Positions 51,860 to 64,000 of a stretch of DNA of 64,000 bases are shown here, in pieces. The translations under genes were made by a program, and so were the position numbers. Numbering within the stretch: the stretch's first letter is position 1; each line of letters starts with the position of its first letter. The stretch is from Lingula anatina (taxonomy: Eukaryota; Animalia; Brachiopoda): the NCBI GenBank assembly GCA_051362555.1, contig CM120640.1, positions 59,126,788-59,190,787 on the forward strand. The letters are read 5' to 3'. A model generated the notes under the pieces. That model saw nothing but the letters and a program-made list of their open reading frames with translations. It was not told where the DNA came from and did not search any database.

Positions 51860-52132
51860 AAGGGGCAGATCCAAGAAAATTTGAAATTGGGGGGGGGGGG
51901 GGGGGGGGGGGTCTGCAGATGCTGATCCCTCCCCTGGCTTGGGGTTCGGGACCTAGTGAAGGGAAAAAAGTAGTGTTTTAGAAGGCGAACGGTGCCATTT
52001 GGTACGATAAAGAACTGTGATTCAGCTAGTCAAAATTCTTATTTCAAGATGGGACCATTGGTGTAACTTTTTTCAGAAATCGAAGGGGGGGGGGTCAGGA
52101 CCCCTCACCCCCCCCCCCTAAATTCGCCTCTG
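51860..52132 (+). mobile_element. Full-length CAGGGGCGGATC-type MITE
   Basis: Imperfect TIRs AGGGGCAGATCCA / TAAATTCGCCTCTG with subterminal G and C runs. Related fragments at 4937-5118, 26574 and 31425-31532. Confidence 0.7.
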
Positions 52133-52197
52133 AATTATGAATTACCAACACCTCTTTAACGATCAGCATTGACCCTACCCCCCTTTATTTTCCTGTG

Positions 52198-52212
52198 CAC
52201 GTGAGCACGTGA
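52198..52212 (+). promoter_or_regulatory. Tandem canonical E-boxes
   Basis: CACGTGAGCACGTGA contains two CACGTG palindromes 8 bp apart, upstream of the 445-aa ORF. Confidence 0.35.
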
Positions 52213-52320
52213 GCCACGGTCGATCTTGATCGTCAGCAACATCTTAAAACAGGAGATGCGCAGTTGTGGATTTGGCAAAGAGTTTAAGGTCACGGTGATA
52301 AAACATGACCCCAGTTATCA

Positions 52321-53658
52321 ATGCAAGGGAACAATCGCCTGTCTGTTGTTCAGTTGCCTCCTAATCAAAAACACACAACTTGCAGTTGGGTTTGCAAGAG
52401 GATCGCTTGTTTGCACGCTGTTCAGTTTATCATCAGAATAGTGGCTGAAGAGGAAAAAGTCAGTATGATAAAGAGAAAACGGGCGGTTCATACGGTGGTT
52501 GATAATTTGTTTTCCAAACGAGCTGTAAGAGGCATCTGTGAACGAGATGTAAGTAACGAAAAAAGACTCAGAGATACCTCTAGACAAATAACTTTGGAAA
52601 TGAAACATACAACCGAAGATTTCAACCAAGAAAATGATCGTCTGAGAAGACGAAGTTCTGAACTGAAAGGACTGCAAGGTAAACGCAAGACAGCGTCTAT
52701 GAAAAGTTCTCATCTTGACGAACTTTTCCAGTTGACAGATGGAAAGACAGGAGAGCCTACTGGCGAGAAAAATGGTAAGATTTCTATCGTTCGTCAGCTT
52801 GACACACCAACGATATCTGAGAAAAGCAATGTCGGAGAGGGGTTTGTCGCTTTGCCTGGGACCAGATTCGTACGTTGTCAGTCGGTTCCGAGCACTAAAC
52901 GGCGTTTAACAGACCAGATTTTAGAAGAGGATTTATGTTTACGGACCTCAGACGACATTTCGGTACCGAGATGGCAGGAAAATAAAAAACACATATATCG
53001 CCATTATAACTATACAGTTAAGAATGGGGCTTCAACAAACACGCCAGTGTACCAAACAGAAGAGTTGCTTCAACCGACCAGAATGCGATCGTTATCTCTT
53101 AATTCTACGAGTGAAGAAAGGACGGTCATAAGAGCCAGGACGCTGTCAAATTCTAGCGAAACCAGCATCTCATCCCGCGTTAGTCAACCTCATGGTTATG
53201 ACAAGCAGCATAATGACAATATTAACGTTTTACGAAGCGTCAGTATTTCAACGTCGGAAACTGACGTTAGTATGCTTAATGAAGATGAGAGAAAAATACA
53301 CGATTTCCTTCAGAAAAACACTCGTGCAGACATCAAAAGATGGGACAAACGCCGGGTAAACAGAATTTATAGGGAAGTTGTTCATCAGACGCCTATAATT
53401 CAACAAAAGCAGACATCTAAAAAATCAAGAAAAGCACTTCGTCTGCCACCCATGATTCTACCGCCCATCTATACCGTACCTCCCCTCCCTCTAGTCCCAG
53501 CTCATTTTGAAGATGACTCCCACCCTTCCCCGATGGAAGTTGCCTTACAGAATATTACTGACGAGCAGTGGGAAGATCTTAAAGAATGTCGGTATTTGAG
53601 ACCGAGACCTAAAAAATACCAGGTTGAAATAACAACGAGCACAGACTCGATGTTTTAA
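52321..53658 (+). CDS. Uncharacterised single-coding-exon protein, CCDC190-like (N-terminal coiled coil, disordered middle, C-terminal CRYLR motif)
   Basis: Uninterrupted 445-codon ORF in AT-rich DNA. The likely start is ATG 52465 (397 aa), after an acceptor-like TTTATCATCAG at 52436. Heptad segment NEKRLRDTSRQITLEMKHTTEDFNQENDRLRRR and C-terminal WEDLKECRYLR. The family assignment is from motif recall only. Confidence 0.75.
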   Translation: MQGNNRLSVVQLPPNQKHTTCSWVCKRIACLHAVQFIIRIVAEEEKVSMIKRKRAVHTVVDNLFSKRAVRGICERDVSNEKRLRDTSRQITLEMKHTTEDFNQENDRLRRRSSELKGLQGKRKTASMKSSHLDELFQLTDGKTGEPTGEKNGKISIVRQLDTPTISEKSNVGEGFVALPGTRFVRCQSVPSTKRRLTDQILEEDLCLRTSDDISVPRWQENKKHIYRHYNYTVKNGASTNTPVYQTEELLQPTRMRSLSLNSTSEERTVIRARTLSNSSETSISSRVSQPHGYDKQHNDNINVLRSVSISTSETDVSMLNEDERKIHDFLQKNTRADIKRWDKRRVNRIYREVVHQTPIIQQKQTSKKSRKALRLPPMILPPIYTVPPLPLVPAHFEDDSHPSPMEVALQNITDEQWEDLKECRYLRPRPKKYQVEITTSTDSMF

Positions 53659-55753
53659 TTCAGTCTGAGAAGAAAACCGTACACAGCTGTCGCGGTCAGT
53701 TTTTTAATTATATAGTTCAGAACTACTAGTGTCGTCCCTTTTTAATATGTTTCACATTACCGAGCATACTTTAATATCACATGGCATAGTTCAAGTATTT
53801 TGTTTCCTTTAGCTGCACTTTTAATTCAAACGCACGTTGCCGTTGCACTAAAATTCATTATGTCCAAAAGAGATGGATAAACCCGACTATTCTGAAATGG
53901 CATGAACAATACCGGTAACTGTGAAAATAAGGACAAGACTGCGAGACTTAAGACTATGTATTTCATTTTAAAAGTGCAGTCCTCGTCGTATACAACTTGT
54001 AAAGCATAATAGGTTTACTATGACGTGTGATTTATAATCTTTCATCCTAATCATGTTTGGTGAGATAAGGAAATTCGGAGTGGGTAGTCAAGTTTTACAG
54101 CACTATAATGTGAACGGTATATCATGGAATGTATGCCATCCTCACTCGAGAGTACCTCTGAAAGCCGATTGCATACTGCCATTATAATTATATATTTGTA
54201 CAGGGACACACGTGGCTTTTATTTTTGTGTATGTCCGTTTTTGATCCATAATATTGTAATTTTTACGGAATTTTCAAAAAAGAAGATAAGACTTTATGAA
54301 CTTATTGATATCGTTTAAACTCAGAAGTTAACAGGTTCCTGAAAATTTGCCCTTTATGAAAAACAACAATACACAGTAGAAACCTGCGCTAAGATTGAAT
54401 CTTTTTGCGAGATTTTGTATATTTTAAGTGCACTCAATAAATTACATCATCTTCTAGAATACAATTAACTTATACATTGTCATACATTTACCATATATTT
54501 TAACAGCAATATTTTTACAGTACCTTTTGAAATACATTTCAAGAACTGAACATTAGTAATTGTTGGGGAATAGCAGTTATGAGTGGGTCGTTCTCGATGA
54601 ATGAAAATTCCAGGAACTCTTGTTTTTCACATTATAACGTGCACTACTACCTGAACTATTTAAAAAAAAAAAAAAAAAAAAAAAAAACGGCCTTTGGAAA
54701 GATGTCTAGATGAGGATAGCACAATTCAATTTTTTCAACCATGTTTTTTCGAACTATTCGCGCAGTGTTGTTCACATTTATCATACTATTATGCAATTAA
54801 CTTGTATGAATTAAAAAGGTGAGAATTTGGAATATACTCGAATATGCTCACATTGGACGGAATTTTTATACAAATGCTAAATGTATCAAATTTTGGCTAT
54901 AAAAATATTTTTCGTTGTAAGTCATGCTTACTTCATAGGTTAGTCACCCAACTGTTTTCGTAGTAGTTTTAAATGTATTACTGGAGTTGCAATTTAGTCT
55001 AATTCACACAGAGAGAGAGAGAGAGAGAAAGGCAGGCATGCAACATAATCAACTTGACTAAATTGCAAGTCAAGTAACAGACTTCAAAACTTAATCATAG
55101 TTCATATTTAAGTAAAATTATTGATTTGGAAATGGAAAAAACTAACCAAGTCATTCGTCTAAGAAATAATTTTCCAGTCAGTCCAGATCATTTGCCATGC
55201 CTGTTTTGTAATGATATTATTGTAGATGCCAATTGACAAGACAAAAGACAAATATTAAACATAAGCTGTCAGTCAAATGTAAAATACTTCTGGGGGCATC
55301 TTATTTATTTTGGCCTCCATCCAAAGTTGAGAACAGATACTTGTTTTGTTAGAATAAGGTTGTTACCTAATTATTCAAATGTACAGATAGTGAGTCATAT
55401 AAAACAAAGTACAAAGAGCTCTTTTTATTTCCACTTCTTATATTCAAGGTATCCTTGGGACAGGTAAATGACTCCTTAAGGTGTGACTGTACAGTATGTT
55501 ACACTAATTGCCCCTCTGAGAAGATGGTGGAAGGGGCTTCAGGTGGTGAAGGGCCACAATTCTTCACTACCTCAAGAATAGCTCAACATTTGGTTGCTTA
55601 GAACACTTCGCTCTGTAATGGCTGAAACAGCTGTAGTTCATATTCAAAGAAGAAGCTTTGACTCATGAATTTTTCCTTTGTTAGTGTGTTCAACTTTCAA
55701 GGTCAGTTCAGCCAATTGTTCATCAATGTTCACCTTTTATACTTTGTTAAGTT

Positions 55754-56223
55754 TTATTTCATGTCATATCCTAGTGGATCAAGATTACAGTCCAACAGTG
55801 CTATGGAGGAGTCTCTGAGAAGCTGTAGTAATTTTTGTAGTTCATCCTTTCTGAAGACCTAAAAGAAATAAAAATATAAGTAAATATATATATATATATA
55901 TATTAATTACATATCAGCATTGCTGCTATAATTTAATGATTAATATATATAATTCCAATTAATAGCCAATTTCCATAAATGAAACATCTTTATATGAACC
56001 TATAATAACCTGCTTTTTCACTAAATACCACAATCTATTGTACCTTTATCACAAAATCTTGAACAGTAACTAAAGTACAGTAAAAAGAAAAAAGTATATA
56101 TAAATGATAACAACTTCCCCTAAAAAAGTATACCATTTAAAACGCACAAATTCTGCTTAGGCCACACTTTTTCATTTTCATGGATGACATCCTCTGGGTA
56201 CCCCAAAATTGGTGTGAGAGGGG

Positions 56224-56271
<48 letters not shown>

Positions 56272-59200
56272 GCTTAAGTAAAGGAATGCTGTCAGCATAC
56301 AGCTGGAAACACAAATTTCACCACAGAAACACGTATCAAACTAACACTATGTCTTTATCCATGCTCTCAAAATATTAAAGCATTGTGAATACTTCGTAGA
56401 AATGTAAAAAAAAAAGTCATGAATAGATATACTTCATATTACCAAATCTATTTAAGGTTATTTCATGCATTTAGTTGGTATAGCAATCAATAAAACAAAT
56501 ATCAACCAAACAGTGTGTCTTTATATGTATTCTCAGAATATTAAAGCATTTTGAACACTTCACAGAAATGGTTAAAAAATGATGCAAAGATAGGGCCTAT
56601 GCTTAATACTACCAAATCTATTAAAGGTCATTTCGGACGATGCCATTTGTCTACTTCGACTCACACGAAGCAGCCAAACTGCCAGGTGGCTTGTCTGACC
56701 TTCAGGCCACCAAATACCTCGACGCCCTTGTCAACCCTTTTTTCGCTACAGAAAACCTGGTATTAATGTGCTGCTTTGTACAGAATGCCACAGCAGCCCG
56801 GGAGCCACTGGCTGATTTGACGGTTATTTTGGAAAATATTAGATTTGGCCTCGTTTTCAAAACGTGGAGTGGTAGCCCCAAAAAAATTTGGCGGGAGACG
56901 AAGGCATAGAGACAGGTAAGTTGTACATGTGTTTGTGGAATGAACAGTAGATTTAAATACTAATGAATTTGACGGGACAATACAGTATATGCTTAAGTTA
57001 CATTTTATACACCGAATAAGTCTTCGTGTATCGATTTCACTGAGTATTCTCTAAAGTTACTGGCGATTAGCAAAATGGCCGCACACAAAACGTCATTGTA
57101 AACATTGACTTTTGAACTGTGCCAAATGCAGCTTAAGGGTTTTTTTCTTTATCTGTTCCTGTTTTTTCATAGTTTGGCAATATTTTTTGAACATATCAAA
57201 TTTTTAAGATGTGCGATGGCCTGTAATTTGTAGAATTTCAACATTTCCAACAAGCTGTATATTCACCGTGCCGGGTACCTATCATTTAGTTGATCGAGTG
57301 ATGGCAGTGGCTCTCTGGTCTCATGCATGGAATGAATGTCACCGTATAAGTGAAATGTTTGAATCTTGGCTTCTCATGCAATTTCTTCGTGTTTTAATGT
57401 GAAAAGGATGAAGTGGATTGCGAAATAACATTGTCATCCAACCTGCATACACGTATACGTATGTGCATATCGTGGTGTACCAGTACTTGTTTGCAAAGCG
57501 GTGGGGGGGGGGGGGGGGGGGCATTGGTGCCAGTAGTTGAGAAAGATACAGTATTGTAAACTAACCATAGGCATGTTTTGAAATATAAGAATCATAAATT
57601 ATGTCTTTTTTGCTGGGGGCGGGGGGGGGGGGGGGGGGGGGGGGTTAAATGTATCAATTGTGTTAATTTTTTTAGAAAAAAAAACATGTAAACACAAAAT
57701 AAGTTTTATTGCATTGGTTGGGGGTTTTGAGGAGAAGAATGTCATAAAAATGCAAGTTTAAAAAAGGTGAATAATATATGTATGTGTGTATGTACATTAA
57801 ATGAAACAGGCTCTTCAATGATGAGGGCATATGATAGTGATGTGGTGCTCTGACTTGCATGTGTTTTCTAATTTTTTCATGCCTTGATTCAAATTGGGTT
57901 TTTGAATTATGATGGGTGTGCAAATTTGCCCAAAGTTCAGTTTCAAATGTTTTTTTAATAATCACTGTTATGAATTAAGTATAAATAATGCAGTTTAAGG
58001 TAAAGATTGTAAATATAGTGCTGTTCAAGATTGATTGTTACAGTTTACCTATTACAAAGATTGCAATAAATTATGATTAATTTCAGTGTGTATGTGTGTG
58101 AGCAATTGATAAATGTAGTTAGAATTTTTTTATGATATTCTTTTAAAAACTCTATTATTTATTCTAGGCTTGAATAGCATGAATGGGACCAGGATTATTC
58201 CTTTTGCCGTGCAATCATCATAACAAAAGCGCCCATCATTTCCAAATGCTGTGTGGCAATGAACACCACAACCTCTGGGATACTTCCAAGGGATGAAAAA
58301 TATGTGCTCTTGCTAATATAAATAGTTATTGGTTATCAGTACATAGAAATGCAGTTTGTGAAATCAATTTAGGTTTTAACCACATGAAGTTAGTTAAAAG
58401 TGTATGTGCAACTAAGTTAACAATACATTGTTTTATTTTTACTGTGCAGGTTTTTTTATATATGTGTAGCTTATAGATAATATCTACTTATCGGAATACA
58501 AGTAAAACAAGTTTATTCAAATGCAAATATGGATTGATACCTGGTATCACTGAAAGAAAATTAACATGACATCTTTGGGAAAATTTATGAAATTATATTA
58601 TTTGTAAAAATTCTGGTCCACTGTGTAAAGGGAAATTGTGTGTTAGATGGTTAAATATATATAAATGTGTACCAATCAAGTAAAGTAGCATTGAATTATC
58701 ACCTACTGGGTAATTAATGTACAATGTAATGTAAAATAACTATTTTGCAATGTACATGTCTCACTGGTAAAATATTTCAGGCTAGTTGAATTTTATGTAA
58801 AATTAAAATAAAATATATAGCAATGTGATTAAATGTAAATTGTCTTTCATTTGTTATTTTTCATATTTAATGAAAGGAATACCCTCATCAGTTGGCCTCA
58901 TGTAATAAAAAGGTTTATCTACAATGAAAAAAAATGTTAAAGTTCATTTGTATTAGCACCGTGGTAAGTGCCAAGAAAAAAATTATTTCATTGTCCCCAA
59001 TACCCAGTTGCTCTATATAAGTAATACTGTGTGAAGGAAAAACTAAAACGAGACTGAAGCTCATGAGAAAGCACTAAGTCAAAGCGAGGCTTATATGCGG
59101 ATATGGTAAGTGAGAGTTTTCAGGCTGACATGGCCGTGAATTGATTTGTGCCATTCACAGCTTAAGGCAAAGTTCTTTACATGCTTACATTGACAGAAAG

Positions 59201-62200
59201 CTGAATAAATTTTCCACAACTTGTAGTAATTTCAAGTTGTGCGGAGGCCTCTATAGGTACAAAAATCAAAATCAAAAACGAACTTCCGTAATAGCTTTAA
59301 TAAAATTTCGATTTCAAACTCATTTTTCAACATTAAATATGCTGTAGATCAACTTTTGGGTCATCTCACATTATTCGAAATTTATTTCTCAATATGACAA
59401 TGCACATATTGTAACCCCAAGTACGTTAATAGCCGAGATAATACACCGTTTATGACACCCTATAAATCTCAAAAAATATTGCCCAATTCAAATTCTCGAA
59501 CTTCCGGTTTGTTTAATAGCCACCTAGCGGCAGACCAGTGGCTCCCGGGCTGCAGAAATTTTTCGGGCGATAATTGCTGGCCGCCGCCAGCCTTTCGCAC
59601 AGTTGTAAAAATGTGATATCTCCATGCCCAATATCAATGGCATACCAATCCAAAACGACGGCGCCCGTTCTCTTTAAGACTTTTATTGTTGTGTAATTTG
59701 AAAGTAATCCTAGAGATGAATTTGACGGCAAAGCGGCCACATTTCAATGTGGCGATAATACGCATGCGCAGAAAGCTCATTTCCTGGCAAATTCAATAAC
59801 GACGTTTGCGTGCTAGGGGGAATTTTTTTTTTTTTTGAGAACGGGTGAAAATCAGTGCGCGCGCAGGATGTCATCCATAAAAATAAAAAAGTGTGGCCTT
59901 ATCTAAAATTAAGAACTTGTTTGTACTTCAAACTTCAAAATGCCTGTAATACCTATGAAATGTTTCAGGAGGGTTCTGGGAATTACAAACATCTAAGCTC
60001 ATTTAGATTGCCCTTTCACATGATCTCTCAAATCCAGTTGGGTCTATTAAGAACAAAAATCAATAATACATGGGATTTTAAAACAACCATGTAAACACTC
60101 CATTAGGAAGAAATGTGTTTTGAATTAAGAACTGTACAAACTAAGTTACACACACACAAAACTGAGAGTAATTGGGATCAAAAAGTTCATGTGAAGAAAG
60201 TTCCTAAATTGTCTATCCTGAAAGATGAAGCATCACTCCTGCCTTGAAGTGCACAAACTTGAGTTTTAGCAGACATTAGTTTTATAATCTGGCCTGGCAG
60301 AAAGTTAAACAACTGAGATTCAAAACACTGAGTTAAGCTATGAAGTAACTTTTTTAACCATTTTAACATATTTTGTTAAAAGATGCCGGGGCAAAAATGA
60401 ACCCATGTGGTGCACAGTAATAACACCAGCTGATAAGATCTAAATATAATAGTCTCAAAAATACTAAAACATCTGGTAACATTGGGCTTCTGATATAATA
60501 CAACCATAAACTCAAGATTTACTAAAAGAATGGATCAAACATGTGGATACCACATCTATAAATGTCATTATAATTTTGTAACAAATTATTTTCAACAGTA
60601 TTCCCCTTAACGCCTGTTGATCTGTTATGTGAGGTGATATTATAATATATTCAAGATTATATTCATATTTTTCAATTACAGATATGATAACCTGATGGGA
60701 CTACCTCACTGATAAAGATCACTTGTTTTGAAATCAAATTGTTTCATTATAAAACCTTTAATGACACATTTTTCATCCAAATAAATAATTTTATACAGCA
60801 CTGACAACTACATCAAGAGATTAATAATAGTAAAGCTAACACCCTAAACTTACTCTCACAAATCAACCTAATACTTTTGTTTTCCATCTTGGCACACAAA
60901 CTATTTGATAAAAGCTGTAATACTCAACTTGAGTCACATGAGTGTCTTTTGCTATAATTAATCACAGAGAAAAGCACAGAAATGTCTGGACTAAGATGAA
61001 ATCTCCCTTCTGCTTGACACATTCTCTTCATATTATCAGTTCATTTTGTAAAATGCTTAGCTCTAAAACCAGCAATCCAGTATTGACATGGTTCAACATT
61101 TGCCAGATTATCTCTGTGAATAAAGAGTGTTATCACTTAAGGTGTGCCGAATTAGTACCCTTAGATTAAAAGTTATCAACAAGAAACTTCCTATGTAACT
61201 CAATTCTGTTTCTTCTATATTTGTATATTTTACAGCTCAAAATATAGTAGTTAAATCTAAAATTCTATACCCAACAATGCTAATAGTACATCACATGAAG
61301 ACAAGTAAACCAAGTCCTATACAACCCACAAGGTGCTCCAATTATCCTACTGAAGAAGCAAACCAATGTTTTTCTTGCAATGAGTTAGGTTAAATAAAAA
61401 TATAACATGATATCGCATCAGCCTCTCTCTCTGCTCTGCCTACCTTGTACAAACCATGTTGTTCTGTAGCCACAGTGTCAGCCAGCTGCAAGCACTCTTT
61501 GTATTGTTCTGTGGCATGAAGGACGGAATGAAGGAGGAAACACATGGTGGGTAGGCACAGTTGACGTAACAGCCTCATCTGGTGCAGCCGGTTCATATCT
61601 TTGGGTCCATCCTGACATAGCAAATGGTACATATTACAAATAAAATATTGCCTAATTAACGACAAGTGCTTTAAATAGATTTTTAAAAATGAAAAATTAT
61701 ATAAAATGCCATTACACAAGACCTAGTAGCTTCAAGTTCATAGATCTAGATACTATTTTTTTTTTCAAAATAAATGAAAAGCCAAGTATAATCCTTGAGA
61801 AACAATAGCTCCTTCAACTTTAAATTCTGAAGAGAGAAAAAAAAATGTTCTAGGACAAAACCCATTTAAGAGGATTCCTTACTACTATCAGTAATAAATT
61901 TCACATTCCTGATCCAGTTTCTAATAGTTAAAGACTTGAGCTAGCATTTCAGAGATGTTTTGGACAAGACGCAGTATAGAAACAACACGAAGTGATGTGA
62001 TTCCGAATACAAAACAATCAACACTTGATATATGTCTGCATGCGTTGACTTACTTTACAACCAGAACAAGGTCAAAGGGTGCCACTATGAGTACATGATA
62101 ACCTTTGGGATCATCTGCTTATCTTAAGTGACTTATTATTTCAGCTTCTTGTGAGAGGTGGTACACATAGAGTCTAACACTTATCTTTACGAGTATGGTT

Positions 62201-63728
62201 TTGAATACTCAAGACTTACATCATTTTATAAACACTTAAAAATAGCCATAAACTTAATGAATAAAAGATCTCTCAGTTACGTATCAAGGTAAAAAATCTT
62301 ACAGTACAGTCAACATGCTTAACATCTTTGAAAAGTCTCCCAACCGTTTTCTGCCCATCTCACCCCTATATACAGCTCTCAACTTAACCTTTAACAGTCT
62401 GTCCCAGCCTCTTTAGTCCCCTCCCGTCTCACTGATCAATCTTTACCCTCCATACCAACCTGTCTTTGATCTGCCATCCATCCTCCATCAACAAATAGTA
62501 AAACATTGTAAATTCTCTCCACTGTGGTCTGAAAGAAGAGGGATAATTGTAGAGAATATTATCATTACCCCATTATTTAGTGTATTGACCTGACTTTTTT
62601 TTTACTTTTATTTTTCATTTATATGAAGCAAAAACCTTAGTTGGCACTGTTTTAGATTTTTTAAATGAATAGCTTATCAGGTTCTTAGTTTCGCATAAAC
62701 TCTTTCCAAATTGTATTTTTTTTCTATTCACTTTTATAAAACATGAAAATTCTTGGATTTTTTTTGACCCCCTGCATAAAAGTACTTTCAACTTTGATAT
62801 AAAAGCAACTAAGTAAGATAGTAAAGTACAAGCTACATTCCCACATACTTTGGTTTGCAACTCTAGGGAGCGGCGCCACCTATCCATATCTGCCTCATAC
62901 TGTTTCTCCCTGTGCTCAAAGGCCACCCTCTCAGTGAAGCTGGCTTTTTGAGGAACATCTGGCTTACTGGGCTTTGCATTGTGGTAGTGCTCAAACCAGT
63001 CATTAAAAGAATCATGGGCATCCTAAAGTGATGAAGAAATACTAGTCTCTTTGCCACAAAACTATCTGCATGGTGTTTACTATAAACTCATTTCTAGTCA
63101 ACATTTTGTTTAAACTATCACTTAAAAATTATGTGGTACCTTGGAGATCAGATACATGACACAATATTTTTGCAAGTCAGCAAATTATCACAGAAAAATT
63201 GAGGCCCACATCAGTATCCATAAAACTCATTTATACTCAAATAAGCAACACAATTCAATTTAAATTTCTTCATACACTTTAAAATAACATACTATATCCA
63301 TCAATTTAATCTCCTTTTCACTCACCAGATAGGCCTTGTGACACAAGTATTCTCTGATTGCATTGTCATCTTCTGCTGGTAACTCTGTGGTGCCATGCTT
63401 GATAAAAAAAGGAAAATATTACAATAAATTCAAATTAAATAAATTAAATAAATAAATCTTATGTAATTATTGTTCTGATAGTTGAAGAAGCAAATTTTCT
63501 TTATTTACTTGTTCTTCATTTTTACTTCCTCTTTATTTTCTGAGGTGAAAGATGATAAGTCAATGAAAAACTTTGAATTATATAAGTATCAGTCTTCTAA
63601 CACTTCAATACGTGTAACTCATTTAATGTAAACACAAACCTGCATCTGACAATTTCTATATATTATATCTATGGACCCAGGGGGTATTTTACTGAACACT
63701 TCTCTGGCTGCAGCATGCTTCTTCAAGG
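55754..63728 (-). CDS. NUP107: Nuclear pore complex protein Nup107, last six coding exons (5' part outside window)
   Basis: Exons 63640-63728, 63326-63397, 62849-63022, 62460-62528, 61444-61611, 55754-55858. Peptides [48 protein letters not shown] and [19 protein letters not shown] match the Nup107 C-terminus. Confidence 0.93.
56160..59898. mobile_element. 3.74-kb TIR DNA transposon (non-autonomous or decayed) in the last NUP107 intron
   Basis: 34-bp TIRs GGCCACACTTTTTCATTTTCATGGATGACATCCT / AGGATGTCATCCATAAAAATAAAAAAGTGTGGCC (32/34). TTA flanks both sides (56157-56159, 59899-59901). Subterminal ~168-bp direct repeat (56350-56463 / 56516-56633). No intact transposase. Confidence 0.82.
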
Positions 63729-64000
63729 CTGTAGATATGTAACATGTATTAAAATAAAACTCTTCACATTCTCTTTTATAATCAAGTGTGAACAAATATG
63801 ATGACACACACACACCCAGGCACACGCACAAAAAGAGATGCTTTAGACAAATGAGTGGTGTTTTCACTTTAACAAAAGATACAAAGCTTTATTTGTCAGA
63901 AAGTTGAAAGAAAGAATGCAACTGTTGGAAGCTCAATTAAAATTAAGACTCTTTCTTACTGTGGACTGAGTTGTACTTTTCTTTCTTAAACTCGACACTC

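Noticed and set aside
52318-52713. 131-aa minus-strand ORF
   Set aside because: Antisense shadow of the 445-aa plus-strand ORF.

Overview
AT-rich, intron-rich animal genomic DNA, not prokaryotic. The repeat types suggest a marine invertebrate, possibly a mollusc, but that is inference. Hand-splicing with GT/GC-AG boundaries and phase checks gives four complete conserved genes: GOPC/PIST (+, 9 exons), a NIPSNAP3-like gene (+, 6 exons), kinesin-14 KIF25 (-, 14 exons) and MRPS9 (+, 14 exons, head-to-head with KIF25). It also gives the last six exons of NUP107 (-, continuing past the right edge). There are two less familiar genes: a two-exon, signal-peptide-bearing 195-aa protein with an apparent internal duplication reminiscent of the dynein-light-chain/ground-like fold, and a single-exon CCDC190-like ORF. 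A possible spliced minus-strand transcript lies at the left edge. The non-coding space holds many non-autonomous DNA elements: a 4.7-kb foldback element with an 8-bp TSD and nested MITEs, a 3.7-kb TIR element in NUP107, a 759-bp hairpin MITE beside an MRPS9 acceptor, and Helentron/HINE-like elements, one carrying a copied splice-acceptor segment. Two GC-AG introns are inferred. Family names come from motif recall, not database searches. I found no clearly new multi-gene system; the secreted protein is the best novelty candidate.
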